Notes: generated by a model from the letters alone, not told the origin. A stretch of 32,900 bases of DNA from Candidatus Krumholzibacteriaceae bacterium (GCA_050015715.1 JBEKAW010000001.1:1-32900), one strand, 5' to 3'. Counted from the first letter of the stretch, positions 23,510-31,894 are shown. Program-made: numbers and translations.

Positions 23510-24819
23510 GAATCCACCATCCTTGTGTCCGCGCTCAGCGTGAGGCGCACGACTGCGCCCCCTTCCGTTCGCGGCGTGACCGTGAGGCTTCCCAGGCCGC
23601 ACGAGTAGATAGCGACACGCTCGATCACGTTTCTGAGGCCGAGCCCCCGCGACGTGAGATCCTCGAGCCGACAGTCGGCGAACGGCGGGCCGTCGTTCTC
23701 GATCTCGATATCGATCCCCTTGCCCGCGCGCCTCGCGACGATCCGTATGACGCCGCCGTCGACTCTCCGGGATATCCCGTGCTTGATGGCGTTCTCGACG
23801 AGCGGCTGAAGAATCATGACCGGCACCTGCACGTCGAGCGCGTCCGGGGCGATGTCCTTGATGACGACGAGACGCTCGTCGCCGAAGCGCACCCGCTCGA
23901 TCGACAGATAATCGTCGATAAAAGCGATCTCGTCCCGCAGCGCGTGCGTCTCCCCCGAGTCGTCGAGAGACTTGCGAAATATCGAGGCGAGCTGCCGCGT
24001 CATCTCTCGCGCCTTCTCGGAGTCCGTGCGGATGAGGGCCGAAATGGAGTTGAGCGTGTTGAAAAGAAAATGCGGATTGATCTGGCTCCGCAGCGTCGCG
24101 ATCCGGGCCTGGATGAGCTGCCGCTCCTCCTCGCGCAGAATGATCTCCATGCGGGCGTTACTCGCCATCTTGAGCGCTATGCCGAGCGCATATACGAGGA
24201 CGCCGAGATCGAGCGCGACGAAGACGGGCCCCGAGTGGGGATACCCGTAGAGGAGCCCGCGGCCAAGGTACCGCTGCAGGAGACCGTAGCGGGCGGCGGC
24301 GAAGATGAGACAAACCGCGAACGGGATGAAGTTCGGGTCGAGACGCCGCCTCGCGAGCCGGTCCAGGAAATTGTAGATAATGGAGAGCGGGTTGAGCGAG
24401 AAATTCCATATCTCGCCTCTCGCGTGGAGCATCGTGACGAGGGCGCCGCTCACGAATCCCGCCATCGCGTAGAAGGGGAGCCCGATCTTCTCGCCGAAGA
24501 GGTAGCAGGCGGCGCCGATCGCGGCCCCGACTCCAGTGCCTACCCAGACGCCGCCCAGAAATCCGGCCAGGAGCGCCCCCTCGAGCGAGAGGTCGAGGGC
24601 GCCCTGGTAGGTATACCTCCGCGCGACGACGCCGACGACGAAGATTACCGAGAGGAGCGCAATCATGCGCAGCCGGCTGACCACGGAGACGGATGCGCGC
24701 ATCAGAAAATCGTTTACGAACCGGAAGCTGAGGACAAGGCTCGCGATCCCCGCCATGACGGCGACGCGCAACAGAAGGTTGATGAGGAGCAGTTGCTCCG
24801 TCGAGAGCTTGAGCGGCAT
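23494..24819 (-). CDS. LytS/YehU-family sensor histidine kinase (multi-TM 5TMR-LYT-type input)
   Basis: The N-terminal half has 5-6 TM helices. It carries the family phospho-His block LRSQINPHFLFNTLNSISALI. The ATPase boxes are LVENAIKHG and GLGLRNV. Confidence 0.88.
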   Translation of the reverse strand: MPLKLSTEQLLLINLLLRVAVMAGIASLVLSFRFVNDFLMRASVSVVSRLRMIALLSVIFVVGVVARRYTYQGALDLSLEGALLAGFLGGVWVGTGVGAAIGAACYLFGEKIGLPFYAMAGFVSGALVTMLHARGEIWNFSLNPLSIIYNFLDRLARRRLDPNFIPFAVCLIFAAARYGLLQRYLGRGLLYGYPHSGPVFVALDLGVLVYALGIALKMASNARMEIILREEERQLIQARIATLRSQINPHFLFNTLNSISALIRTDSEKAREMTRQLASIFRKSLDDSGETHALRDEIAFIDDYLSIERVRFGDERLVVIKDIAPDALDVQVPVMILQPLVENAIKHGISRRVDGGVIRIVARRAGKGIDIEIENDGPPFADCRLEDLTSRGLGLRNVIERVAIYSCGLGSLTVTPRTEGGAVVRLTLSADTRMVDSCRSK

Positions 24820-24828
24820 GGCGTTCCC

Positions 24829-25407
24829 CTAGAGCCTTTGGCCCATGATCTCCTTGATCTTGCTGTCGATGTCGCGCATGGAGCGGCGGCCGACTTCCTT
24901 GTCGTAGATGCTGCCGTCCCTGAGAAGTATGTACGTCGTCGGAAGCGCCCGGAAGCCGCCGAGGCGCGCGGCGACCTCGTCTCCGTTATAGTAGACGGAA
25001 AACCGGATCGAATTCTTCTGAACGTAACCCTGGAGCGCCGTCTTCCCGTCCTTGTCGGTGAATACTCCGAGTACGGAGAACGGGTAGCGCTGGAGCTTGG
25101 CCTGGAGCTCGTTCAGGGCCGAGACCTGGCTCGCGCACTCCTTGTTCCACGTGGCGAGGAAGCTGATAATGACGATGTTGCCCCTCAGGCTCGAAAGCTG
25201 CACGGTGGTTCCGTCGAGCGCCTTGAGCTCCAGGTCCGGCATCTGGGTATAGTTCGTGATAGTGACGTTCGGCGGGCTTTCGACCTTCTGAGGGGTCGCC
25301 TGCTGCGCCTCCTCCTTCTTCTTCACGCAGCCCGCGGCGATGAGGGCCAGCATCGCGACGACGATGAGCGCCGCGCGGACCGGCCGCTGACGATATGTCC
25401 GTATCAC
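24829..25407 (-). CDS. TlpA/ResA-like thioredoxin-fold lipoprotein with a degenerate active site (W-N-K-E-C)
   Basis: GTG 25407 is preceded by GAGGAGG. The lipobox is LIAAGC. The redoxin-fold block VIISFLATWNKECASQVSALNEL lies where TlpA-like proteins have WCxxC (25135-25149). Confidence 0.75.
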   Translation of the reverse strand: MIRTYRQRPVRAALIVVAMLALIAAGCVKKKEEAQQATPQKVESPPNVTITNYTQMPDLELKALDGTTVQLSSLRGNIVIISFLATWNKECASQVSALNELQAKLQRYPFSVLGVFTDKDGKTALQGYVQKNSIRFSVYYNGDEVAARLGGFRALPTTYILLRDGSIYDKEVGRRSMRDIDSKIKEIMGQRL

Positions 25408-25417
25408 GTCCGCCTCC

Positions 25418-26569
25418 TCATTTCTTTCTGATGAGCACTCCTGCGATCGTGTTCTTCTGAATCTCCTTCGTTCCCTCGTAGATCTCGGTGATCTTGGCGT
25501 CACGGTAATACCGCTCGACCTCGTTTTCGAGGATGTAGCCGTAGCCGCCGAGGATCTGCACGGCCTCGTCGGTGACGAGCACGGCCGTGCGCCCCGCGTA
25601 GAGCTTGGCCATGGAGGTGAGCTTCGGATCGATCCTTCCCTGGTCGAAATTCCACGCCGCCTTGTGCGTGAGGAGCCGCGCGGCCTCGATCCAGGTCGCC
25701 ATGTCGGCGAGCTTGTGCTGCGTCGCCTGAAAATCGGCGAGACGCTGCCCGAACTGCTGGCGCTGCTTCGAATAGTCGAGCGCGCGGTCGAAGGCCCCCT
25801 GCGCGATCCCGACCGCGGTCGAGGCGATCTCGGCGCGGCTCTCGTCGAAGAACTCGAGCACCTGGTAGAAGCCCCTCCCCTCCTGACCGATTGTGTTCTG
25901 GAGCGGCACCTTGACGCCGCTGAACGACACCTCGGCGGTCGAGGTCATGCGGATTCCCATCTTGTCGCCGACCTCGGTCGCGTCGAGCCCCGGCACACCC
26001 TTCGGAACAAGGATAAGGGATTGCCCTCGATAGGTGGGCTTGGCCGCTGGATCGGTCTGGCAGAGCACGATGTAGAAATCGGCGATCGTGCCGTTCGTGA
26101 TGAACGTTTTCGTGCCGTTGATGAGCCACCCGTCCTTCTCCTTGACGGCGGACGTATCCATCATCGTGATGTCGCTTCCGTGGTTCGGCTCCGTGAAACA
26201 GCCCGACGATATCATGGCGCCCGAGGCGACCCCGCGAAGATATTTCGCCTTCTGCTCCTGCGATCCGTGCCGCATGATGATCTCTGAGGCGAAGTCGCTC
26301 AGGGCGATCGCCGTCCCGAGCCCGGAGTCCCTTCGGCAGAACTCCTCGACGACGAGCGCGTTCTCCATGACGCCGAGCCCCTGTCCGCCGAACTCCTCGG
26401 GAAAATGGATCCCCACGAACCCGAGCTCGCACGCCTTCTTCCAGATCGAGCGTGGGAAGGAATGTTCCTTGTCGTGCTGCATCGCGAGATCCTTGTCGAA
26501 CTCCCCTTCGGCGAACTCCCGCGCCGCCTGCCTGATATCCTTCTGCTCCTTGGTCAGTTCGAAATCCAT
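25418..26569 (-). CDS. Acyl-CoA dehydrogenase (short/medium-chain, butyryl-CoA DH-like)
   Basis: ATG 26569 (MDFELTKEQ) has a GGAGGAG SD; the track start at 26581 is the GTG inside that SD. It has the ACAD signature CFTEPNHGSD. The C-terminal catalytic region reads QILGGYGYILENEVERYYRDAKITEIYEGT. Confidence 0.92.
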   Translation of the reverse strand: MDFELTKEQKDIRQAAREFAEGEFDKDLAMQHDKEHSFPRSIWKKACELGFVGIHFPEEFGGQGLGVMENALVVEEFCRRDSGLGTAIALSDFASEIIMRHGSQEQKAKYLRGVASGAMISSGCFTEPNHGSDITMMDTSAVKEKDGWLINGTKTFITNGTIADFYIVLCQTDPAAKPTYRGQSLILVPKGVPGLDATEVGDKMGIRMTSTAEVSFSGVKVPLQNTIGQEGRGFYQVLEFFDESRAEIASTAVGIAQGAFDRALDYSKQRQQFGQRLADFQATQHKLADMATWIEAARLLTHKAAWNFDQGRIDPKLTSMAKLYAGRTAVLVTDEAVQILGGYGYILENEVERYYRDAKITEIYEGTKEIQKNTIAGVLIRKK

Positions 26570-26585
26570 GTTCTCCTCCACGAGG

Positions 26586-27554
26586 CTAACTGCCGAGCTT
26601 CTCCTTCAGGGCATCGATGATCTTGAACATGTCCTCGACGACGCCGTAGTCGGCGGCGCGGAAGATCGGGGCCTTCGGATCCCGGTTGACGGCGATGAAG
26701 ACCCCGGATCCCTTTATACCCGCCAGATGCTGAAACGCGCCGCTGATTCCCATCGCGAGGTAGACCTTCGGCTTCACGGTCCGCCCCGAGGTGCCGACCT
26801 GGCGCTCCTTCGCGAGCCACTTCTTGTCGACGACGGGGCGCGAACACGAGAGCACCGCGCCGAGCTTCACGGCGAGATCCTCGGCCCTCGGGATGTTCTC
26901 GGGGTCCTTGATCCCGCGGCCGATCGACAGGAGAAACGGCGCCTGCGAGATGTCGATCGCGCCGGCTGCCGCCTCCCGGTAGCCGAGAAACTCCGTCCTG
27001 AACGGGGCGTCGAAGGCGGGAGGCGGGCAGTCGCGGATCGCACCCGCACGGGCCCCCTCCGCCGCCGGGGCGTAGCTCCCGGCCCTCACCGTGATGAGGT
27101 AGCCGACCGACGAGCCAAGGGCGAGCCGCGAGTTGATCTTTCCGTTGTAGATGCTCCGCACGACGACGAAGTTCAGATTGTCCATCTCGACCTTGACGCA
27201 GTCGGTCGCGCACGGGCGGCCGGTCTCGACGGAGAGCCTCGGGAAGAGCTCCATGCCGAACGCCGAGTGCGGACAGAGCGTCACGAGCGGCGTTTCCTTC
27301 TCGATGAGATCCTTGAGCGCCGCGGCGTACGTCTCGTAACGGAAATTTTCGAGCGCCTCGCTCTCGACGACGATCGTCTCGGGGAGATACTTCGAGAGGG
27401 TGTCCGCGAACGGCCGCACGTTGCGCCCGATGACGACCGCGGCCGGCTCGAGACCGAACCTGCTCTCGAGCTCCCGGGCGAGCGTGACGAGCTCGAACGT
27501 CGCGTCCCTGATCGCGCCCTGCCGGTGCTCGACGACGACGAAGACCTTTGCCAT
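26586..27554 (-). CDS. etfA: Electron transfer flavoprotein alpha subunit
   Basis: 322 aa. The C-terminal FAD-binding block reads KVYLAMGISGAFQHLAGIKGSGVFIAVNRDPKAPIF. Its start abuts the etfB stop with a 0-nt gap. Confidence 0.92.
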   Translation of the reverse strand: MAKVFVVVEHRQGAIRDATFELVTLARELESRFGLEPAAVVIGRNVRPFADTLSKYLPETIVVESEALENFRYETYAAALKDLIEKETPLVTLCPHSAFGMELFPRLSVETGRPCATDCVKVEMDNLNFVVVRSIYNGKINSRLALGSSVGYLITVRAGSYAPAAEGARAGAIRDCPPPAFDAPFRTEFLGYREAAAGAIDISQAPFLLSIGRGIKDPENIPRAEDLAVKLGAVLSCSRPVVDKKWLAKERQVGTSGRTVKPKVYLAMGISGAFQHLAGIKGSGVFIAVNRDPKAPIFRAADYGVVEDMFKIIDALKEKLGS

Positions 27555-28346
27555 TTACGCCACCCCCCCGCTCTCCCGGATGATGTCGAGAATCTTCCGG
27601 GCGACCTCCGCGGGCGTGCCCTTGATCATCTCGGCCTCCCTGCCCGCGGGCGGCACGGCGAGACCTGTCTCGCGGAGCACGTTGGCCTTCTCGCCGACCT
27701 CGCCGGCGGCGAGCCCCACCGCCGCGAGATCGAGGACCGGGATGGCCTTCGCGCGCACCTTCCGTATTCCCATGATCGAGACGTAGCGGGGCTCGTTGAT
27801 ACCGGTCTGTATCGCGAGCACCGCGGGAAGCGCGAGCCTGAGGGTCTCCTCGAGCCCGCCCTCGAGCTCCCGCGTCACGGCGACCTTCGCCCCCTCGAGG
27901 GAGACCGACGTGACGAGCGTCGCGTGGGTCCATCCGAGGTATCCGGCGAGAACGGGTGCGACCATTCCGAAGCCGTCGTCCCCCGCCTGCACGCCGGCGA
28001 GCACGAGATCGTAGGAGCCCTTCGCGACGACGCCGCGAAGCCCTTTCGCGATTCCGTACGGATCCGAGCCCTTGAAGGGCGCCTCCTCGACCATGATCGC
28101 CTCATCGGCGCCCATGGCGAGGCAGCGCCTGAGGACGTCCTCGCTGTCGGCGGAGCCGATCGTCGCCACGGTCACCCGGCCGCCGTGCGTCTCCTTGATC
28201 CGGATCGCCTCCTCGACCGCGTAGTTGTCCCATTCGTTGATGCCGAACGCGAGGTCCTCCTCCCTGATGCCCCTGCCGTCGGGCCTGAGGACCACCTCCG
28301 CGTCGGCGGTGTCGGGAACCTTCTTCACGCACACGAGAATCTCCAT
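27555..28346 (-). CDS. etfB: Electron transfer flavoprotein beta subunit
   Basis: 263 aa. It has the canonical N-terminus MEILVCVKKVPD and INEWDNYAVEEAIRIKE. Confidence 0.92.
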   Translation of the reverse strand: MEILVCVKKVPDTADAEVVLRPDGRGIREEDLAFGINEWDNYAVEEAIRIKETHGGRVTVATIGSADSEDVLRRCLAMGADEAIMVEEAPFKGSDPYGIAKGLRGVVAKGSYDLVLAGVQAGDDGFGMVAPVLAGYLGWTHATLVTSVSLEGAKVAVTRELEGGLEETLRLALPAVLAIQTGINEPRYVSIMGIRKVRAKAIPVLDLAAVGLAAGEVGEKANVLRETGLAVPPAGREAEMIKGTPAEVARKILDIIRESGGVA

Positions 28347-28361
28347 TTCGAGATCCCTTTC

Positions 28362-30338
28362 TTAGCCGGCGCTCCGGCTGGAGAGGCTTTCGGCCACGAG
28401 CTCCGTCAGATCCTTGACGACGACCGTGCCTTCGAAACCGGCCGTCTTGACCGCGTCATCGAGGTTCGTGAAGCAGAAGGGACACGCGGTGACGATCGTC
28501 CCCGCGCCGGTCGCCGCCGCCTCGCGCACGCGGACCTCGGCGATCTTCTCCCCTTCCCCCGCCTCGATCCACATTCTGCCGCCCCCGCCGCCGCAGCAGA
28601 GGCTCCGCTCCCGCGAGCGCTTCATCTCGACGAGGCGCACGCCGGGGATCGATTTCAGGACGTTGCGCGGAGCGTCGTAGACGCCGTTCCGTCTCCCGAG
28701 AAAGCAGGGGTCGTGGTAGGTGACGGTGCGCTCCCCGCCGCCGTCGAGGCGCACGGCGCCCGACGAGATGAGCTCCTCGAGCACCTGGGAGACGTGCCGG
28801 ACGGTGCGCCCCGCCATCGGCGGCGCCATGCGGCGATACTCGTTCGAAAATGTATGGAAGCCGTGCGGGCACGGCGTGACGATTTCACGGACACCGTAGC
28901 GCGCGAACGCGTCCACGTTCTGCGTGGCGAGCTCCGTGAAGAGACCGTCCTCTCCGACGCCCCGGACGAACTCGCTGCAGCAAACCTCTTCCTTCCCGAG
29001 GACGCCGAACTCGTAGCCGGCCGCCTTGAAGATCGCGACGGCCGCGCGCGGCACCTCCTGGAGCCTCGCGTCGTACGCGAAGGTGCAGCCGACGTAGAAG
29101 CAGCGGGAGCCCGCGGCCCCCTCCTGCAGGAGCGGCACGTCGAGCCCCGCCGCCCAGTCCATGCGCTTGCCCTTGGCGCCCTGCCATGGATTCTTGAACT
29201 TGTAGACGGACTCGAGCATCTCCTGGACGTTGACCGGAACGTCCTCCCCTCCCTCGACGCGCGCCGTCCGGATCTCGCGAATGACGTCCATCGGGCTTAT
29301 CGCGACGGGGCATTCCCGGTAGCAGTGGCTGCACGTCGTGCAGAACCAGACGGGATCCCCCTCGACCGCCCGCGCCTTCGGGAGCGATGCGTCCCCGGCG
29401 CGCCCCGGGCGAAAACCGAACCCGCTCTTCCGGCGCACGAAGCGCCCCGCCTCGTCGATCACCGCGCGCGGCTTGAGAGATTCATGCGCGATGCTCGACG
29501 GACAGACGACGGTGCACCGGTTGCACTGCGTGCACGCGTCGAGCATGATGAGCTGCCGAAAACTGAAATCGCTCTTGAGCGCCTCGCGCTCCTCGAGCGT
29601 GAGGAACGGATTGAAACCCATCCCTTCGAGCGTTACGTTGACGGGCGCCGCGAAGACGTGGATGAACTTGGAGAACGGGAAATAGGCGATGAAGAACAGG
29701 CTCGAGAGCGCGTGCACCCACCACGTGAGCTTGTGCGCGAGGCGCGCCCCGGCGACGGAGAGACCCGAGACCGAGGCGATCCACTGCCCGACCGGCGACG
29801 GCTCATGCCACGGAAGGGTCTGCGCGCGGAGCCTGAAACCCTCGACCATGAACCCGGTGACCGCGATAAAGAAAAGGAGAATGAGAACGACGTGATCGCG
29901 AACGACCGTGACCATCCGCTCGCGCTTGAAGACGTACCGGCGGAGATACGCGAGCACGATGCCCCCGATAAGGGCGGCGCCCGCCATGTCGAGCACGAAT
30001 GCATAGGCAAGATAGAGGTCGCCCCTCAGGTAAGAGATTATCCAGTGATCGATCGTCGAGAGGGCCGTTCCGAGGAAAAGAACCATGAATCCCCACATGA
30101 TCGACAGATGAGTGATCCCGCCGAGAGGATCCCCTTTGAGAATCGAGGCGTTGAGGAAGACGCGCTCGAGGACGAGCCCCCAGTCGAAGGAGCCGCCGCG
30201 CTTCTCGGGCCAGCCAGAACGCCAGAGTCTCCAGCGCCGGGCGAGACCGTACAGAAAAATCGCGGAGGCAAGGCCCGCAAGCGAATAGAAAATATAATGA
30301 TAGCCTATATTCCAAAAAACTTCGCGGTAGGGCTGCAT
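28362..30338 (-). CDS. Membrane-bound Fe-S oxidoreductase: an N-terminal NarI/DsrM-like multi-heme-b-type TM domain fused to an HdrD/GlpC-like domain (2x 4Fe-4S plus CCG motifs). Candidate Etf:quinone oxidoreductase.
   Basis: 658 aa. About 5-6 TM helices with conserved His occupy the first 240 aa. The ferredoxin motifs are CTQCNRCTVVCP and CTTCSHCYRECP. The Cys-rich CCG-type motifs are CCSEF, CCGGGGG and CPFC. The gene lies directly upstream of etfBA-acd. Confidence 0.85.
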   Translation of the reverse strand: MQPYREVFWNIGYHYIFYSLAGLASAIFLYGLARRWRLWRSGWPEKRGGSFDWGLVLERVFLNASILKGDPLGGITHLSIMWGFMVLFLGTALSTIDHWIISYLRGDLYLAYAFVLDMAGAALIGGIVLAYLRRYVFKRERMVTVVRDHVVLILLFFIAVTGFMVEGFRLRAQTLPWHEPSPVGQWIASVSGLSVAGARLAHKLTWWVHALSSLFFIAYFPFSKFIHVFAAPVNVTLEGMGFNPFLTLEEREALKSDFSFRQLIMLDACTQCNRCTVVCPSSIAHESLKPRAVIDEAGRFVRRKSGFGFRPGRAGDASLPKARAVEGDPVWFCTTCSHCYRECPVAISPMDVIREIRTARVEGGEDVPVNVQEMLESVYKFKNPWQGAKGKRMDWAAGLDVPLLQEGAAGSRCFYVGCTFAYDARLQEVPRAAVAIFKAAGYEFGVLGKEEVCCSEFVRGVGEDGLFTELATQNVDAFARYGVREIVTPCPHGFHTFSNEYRRMAPPMAGRTVRHVSQVLEELISSGAVRLDGGGERTVTYHDPCFLGRRNGVYDAPRNVLKSIPGVRLVEMKRSRERSLCCGGGGGRMWIEAGEGEKIAEVRVREAAATGAGTIVTACPFCFTNLDDAVKTAGFEGTVVVKDLTELVAESLSSRSAG

Positions 30339-30368
30339 CCATACCCCCTGCTCGGGTGAACGGGGGGC

Positions 30369-30398
30369 ATTCTATCAAAAGCGTATCCGCAAAATCAA
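30369..30398 (-). promoter_or_regulatory. Candidate sigma-70 promoter for the Fe-S oxidoreductase / etf array
   Basis: The reverse strand reads TTGATT (30398-30393), 18 nt, then TAGAAT (30374-30369). The -10 is preceded by TG (TGATAGAAT, extended -10-like). The -10 hexamer ends 30 nt upstream of ATG 30338, so the transcript start would be about 24 nt upstream. Confidence 0.45.
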
Positions 30399-30519
30399 TC
30401 ATATACTTGCGGCGCTTCGCTCAACCGCCGCGTGCAGCCGGGACACCCCCCAAGCTGTCCCCTCCCGAGGGTCGCGAAATCGGGTGAACGCATCATTTCG
30501 CCGGCGGGAGGCCCGCATC

Positions 30520-30535
30520 TGGAACGGTATTTGCG
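30520..30535 (+). promoter_or_regulatory. Candidate sigma-54 (-24/-12) promoter
   Basis: TGGAACGGTATTTGCG compares with the consensus TGGCAC-N5-TTGCW. The GG and GC dinucleotides have exactly the consensus spacing. It lies about 27 nt upstream of ATG 30562, with GGAGGA in between. Confidence 0.4.
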
Positions 30536-30561
30536 AAAAGGGCGATTCGGAGGACCGGTAT

Positions 30562-31872
30562 ATGAAGATTCACGTCCTGATTGGCGCAATTCTCATCGCG
30601 CTCGTCTCGTGCGCCGCCGCCGAGGCGCAGCCGGAGAGCGATCCGCGCTCGACGGCGGAGGCGCTCTTCGTCGACGCCCAGAAGGCCCTTTCGCGCGGGG
30701 ATTCCGACGGGGCCGAGGCCATCCTCAAGGATGCGCTCACGAAGGACCCGTCATTCACCTCGGCGATCTGGCAGCTCTCCCAGATATACGAGTCGCGGGG
30801 AAAGCTCGACTATGCCCGCGAGCTTCTCATCCGCGGACTGCAGCAGGATCCGGGGGCGTCATGGGCGAGGGAGCGGCTCGCGCGGATCGAGGCGACGCTC
30901 GAGCGCGCCACGCTCGCGGAAGCGCGCTCGTACATGAACTCGAAAGACTACGACCAGGCGATTCCGAAGCTCTCATCGTACCTCGGCCTCAAGAGCGACG
31001 ACGCGGCGGCGCTCGCCCTCATGGCGCAGTGCCAGCTCGCCAAGGGAAACCCGAAGACGGCGCGGGAATACCTCTCGAGGGCGCGCGAGGCCGACCCCTC
31101 GAACGCCGAGGCCGCTTCGATGATATCCCAGATGGACAAACGCGAACGAAGCTCGCGGCTCGAGAAGCTTCTCGCGGACGCGCAGATCGCGCTCATGGAT
31201 ACGACGTCCGCGGGAGACGAAAAGGCGCGCACGGCGCTCGAGGCCGTCATCGGGGAGGACCCGTCGAACGCGTGGGCGAAGGAGCAGCTCGCCGGGCTGA
31301 ACCGCACCGCCGCGCAGGCGCCCGCCCCGCCCGGGCGCGAGCGTGCGGTCTCCGCGGCGGTCGTCGAGCAGGGGCGCAGGGCGATCGATGATTCGAGGGG
31401 AGTGCTCGCACGTTCGGGGCGCTTCGTCCTCGCGCACCTCGTGCTTCTCGTCCTCGCCGCCGTCCTGTGCGTTCTCGCGATCGACGTCCGCCGAAGAATG
31501 CTCCGGAGAAACTACCCGCTCGAGGGGACGATATCCCTCATTCCCATTCTCGACATCGTCTCTCTCGTCCACTCCAACCTGCGGACCGGCCGGCTCCTCG
31601 TCGTGAACACCGATTCGAAGGGGGATATCTACTTCGAGAAGGGTGAGATCATTCACGCGCGCTGCGACGGTCTCACCGGCAAGCTCGCTTTTCACAAGCT
31701 CATGGACCTTCGCTCGGGCCGATTCTTCTTCCACAACCACCTGCCGAACGTCCGCCATACGATCACGGAGCCGTTGAGCCTGCTGCTCCTCTCGATGAAC
31801 CCGCACGAGGAGAGGGGCGCGGATCTCGAGCGCGGCGCCGGGCGCGAAGAGGTCTTTTCGACTCGCCGTTGA
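30562..31872 (+). CDS. Signal/lipobox - TPR repeats - TM helix - C-terminal DUF4388 domain protein
   Basis: The N-terminus is MKIHVLIGAILIALVSCAAAEA. TPR-like repeats follow (AEAILKDALTKDPSFTSAIWQLSQIYESRGKLDYARELLIRGLQQDP...). The TM helix is FVLAHLVLLVLAAVLCVLAI. The C-terminal block is GTISLIPILDIVSLVHSNLRTGRLLVVNTDSKGDIYFEKGEIIHARCDGLTGKLAFHKLMDLRSGRFFF, the DUF4388 pattern. Confidence 0.8.
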   Translation: MKIHVLIGAILIALVSCAAAEAQPESDPRSTAEALFVDAQKALSRGDSDGAEAILKDALTKDPSFTSAIWQLSQIYESRGKLDYARELLIRGLQQDPGASWARERLARIEATLERATLAEARSYMNSKDYDQAIPKLSSYLGLKSDDAAALALMAQCQLAKGNPKTAREYLSRAREADPSNAEAASMISQMDKRERSSRLEKLLADAQIALMDTTSAGDEKARTALEAVIGEDPSNAWAKEQLAGLNRTAAQAPAPPGRERAVSAAVVEQGRRAIDDSRGVLARSGRFVLAHLVLLVLAAVLCVLAIDVRRRMLRRNYPLEGTISLIPILDIVSLVHSNLRTGRLLVVNTDSKGDIYFEKGEIIHARCDGLTGKLAFHKLMDLRSGRFFFHNHLPNVRHTITEPLSLLLLSMNPHEERGADLERGAGREEVFSTRR

Positions 31873-31894
31873 TTGTTCCCTGGCTCGCGCTCCC

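Noticed and set aside
18852-25431. Long plus-strand ORFs of 840, 762 and 550 aa (18852-21374, 21320-23608, 23779-25431).
   Set aside because: They have the same antisense, Arg/Asp-rich character and lie opposite the well-supported M16, lpd, LytTR and LytS genes. The same reasoning applies to 186-2042(-), 188-1447(+), 1868-3442(+), 12664-13992(+), 12893-14284(-), 15386-17113(-) and 15904-16848(+).
26088-30359. A 1423-aa plus-strand ORF, the longest in the track, spanning the acd/etfA/etfB/Fe-S oxidoreductase region.
   Set aside because: It is antisense to four genes that carry unmistakable family motifs. The translation is Arg/Asp/Glu/Pro/Gly/Leu-rich low complexity with no recognisable motif. 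Long stop-free antisense frames are expected in high-GC DNA with strong GC3 bias.
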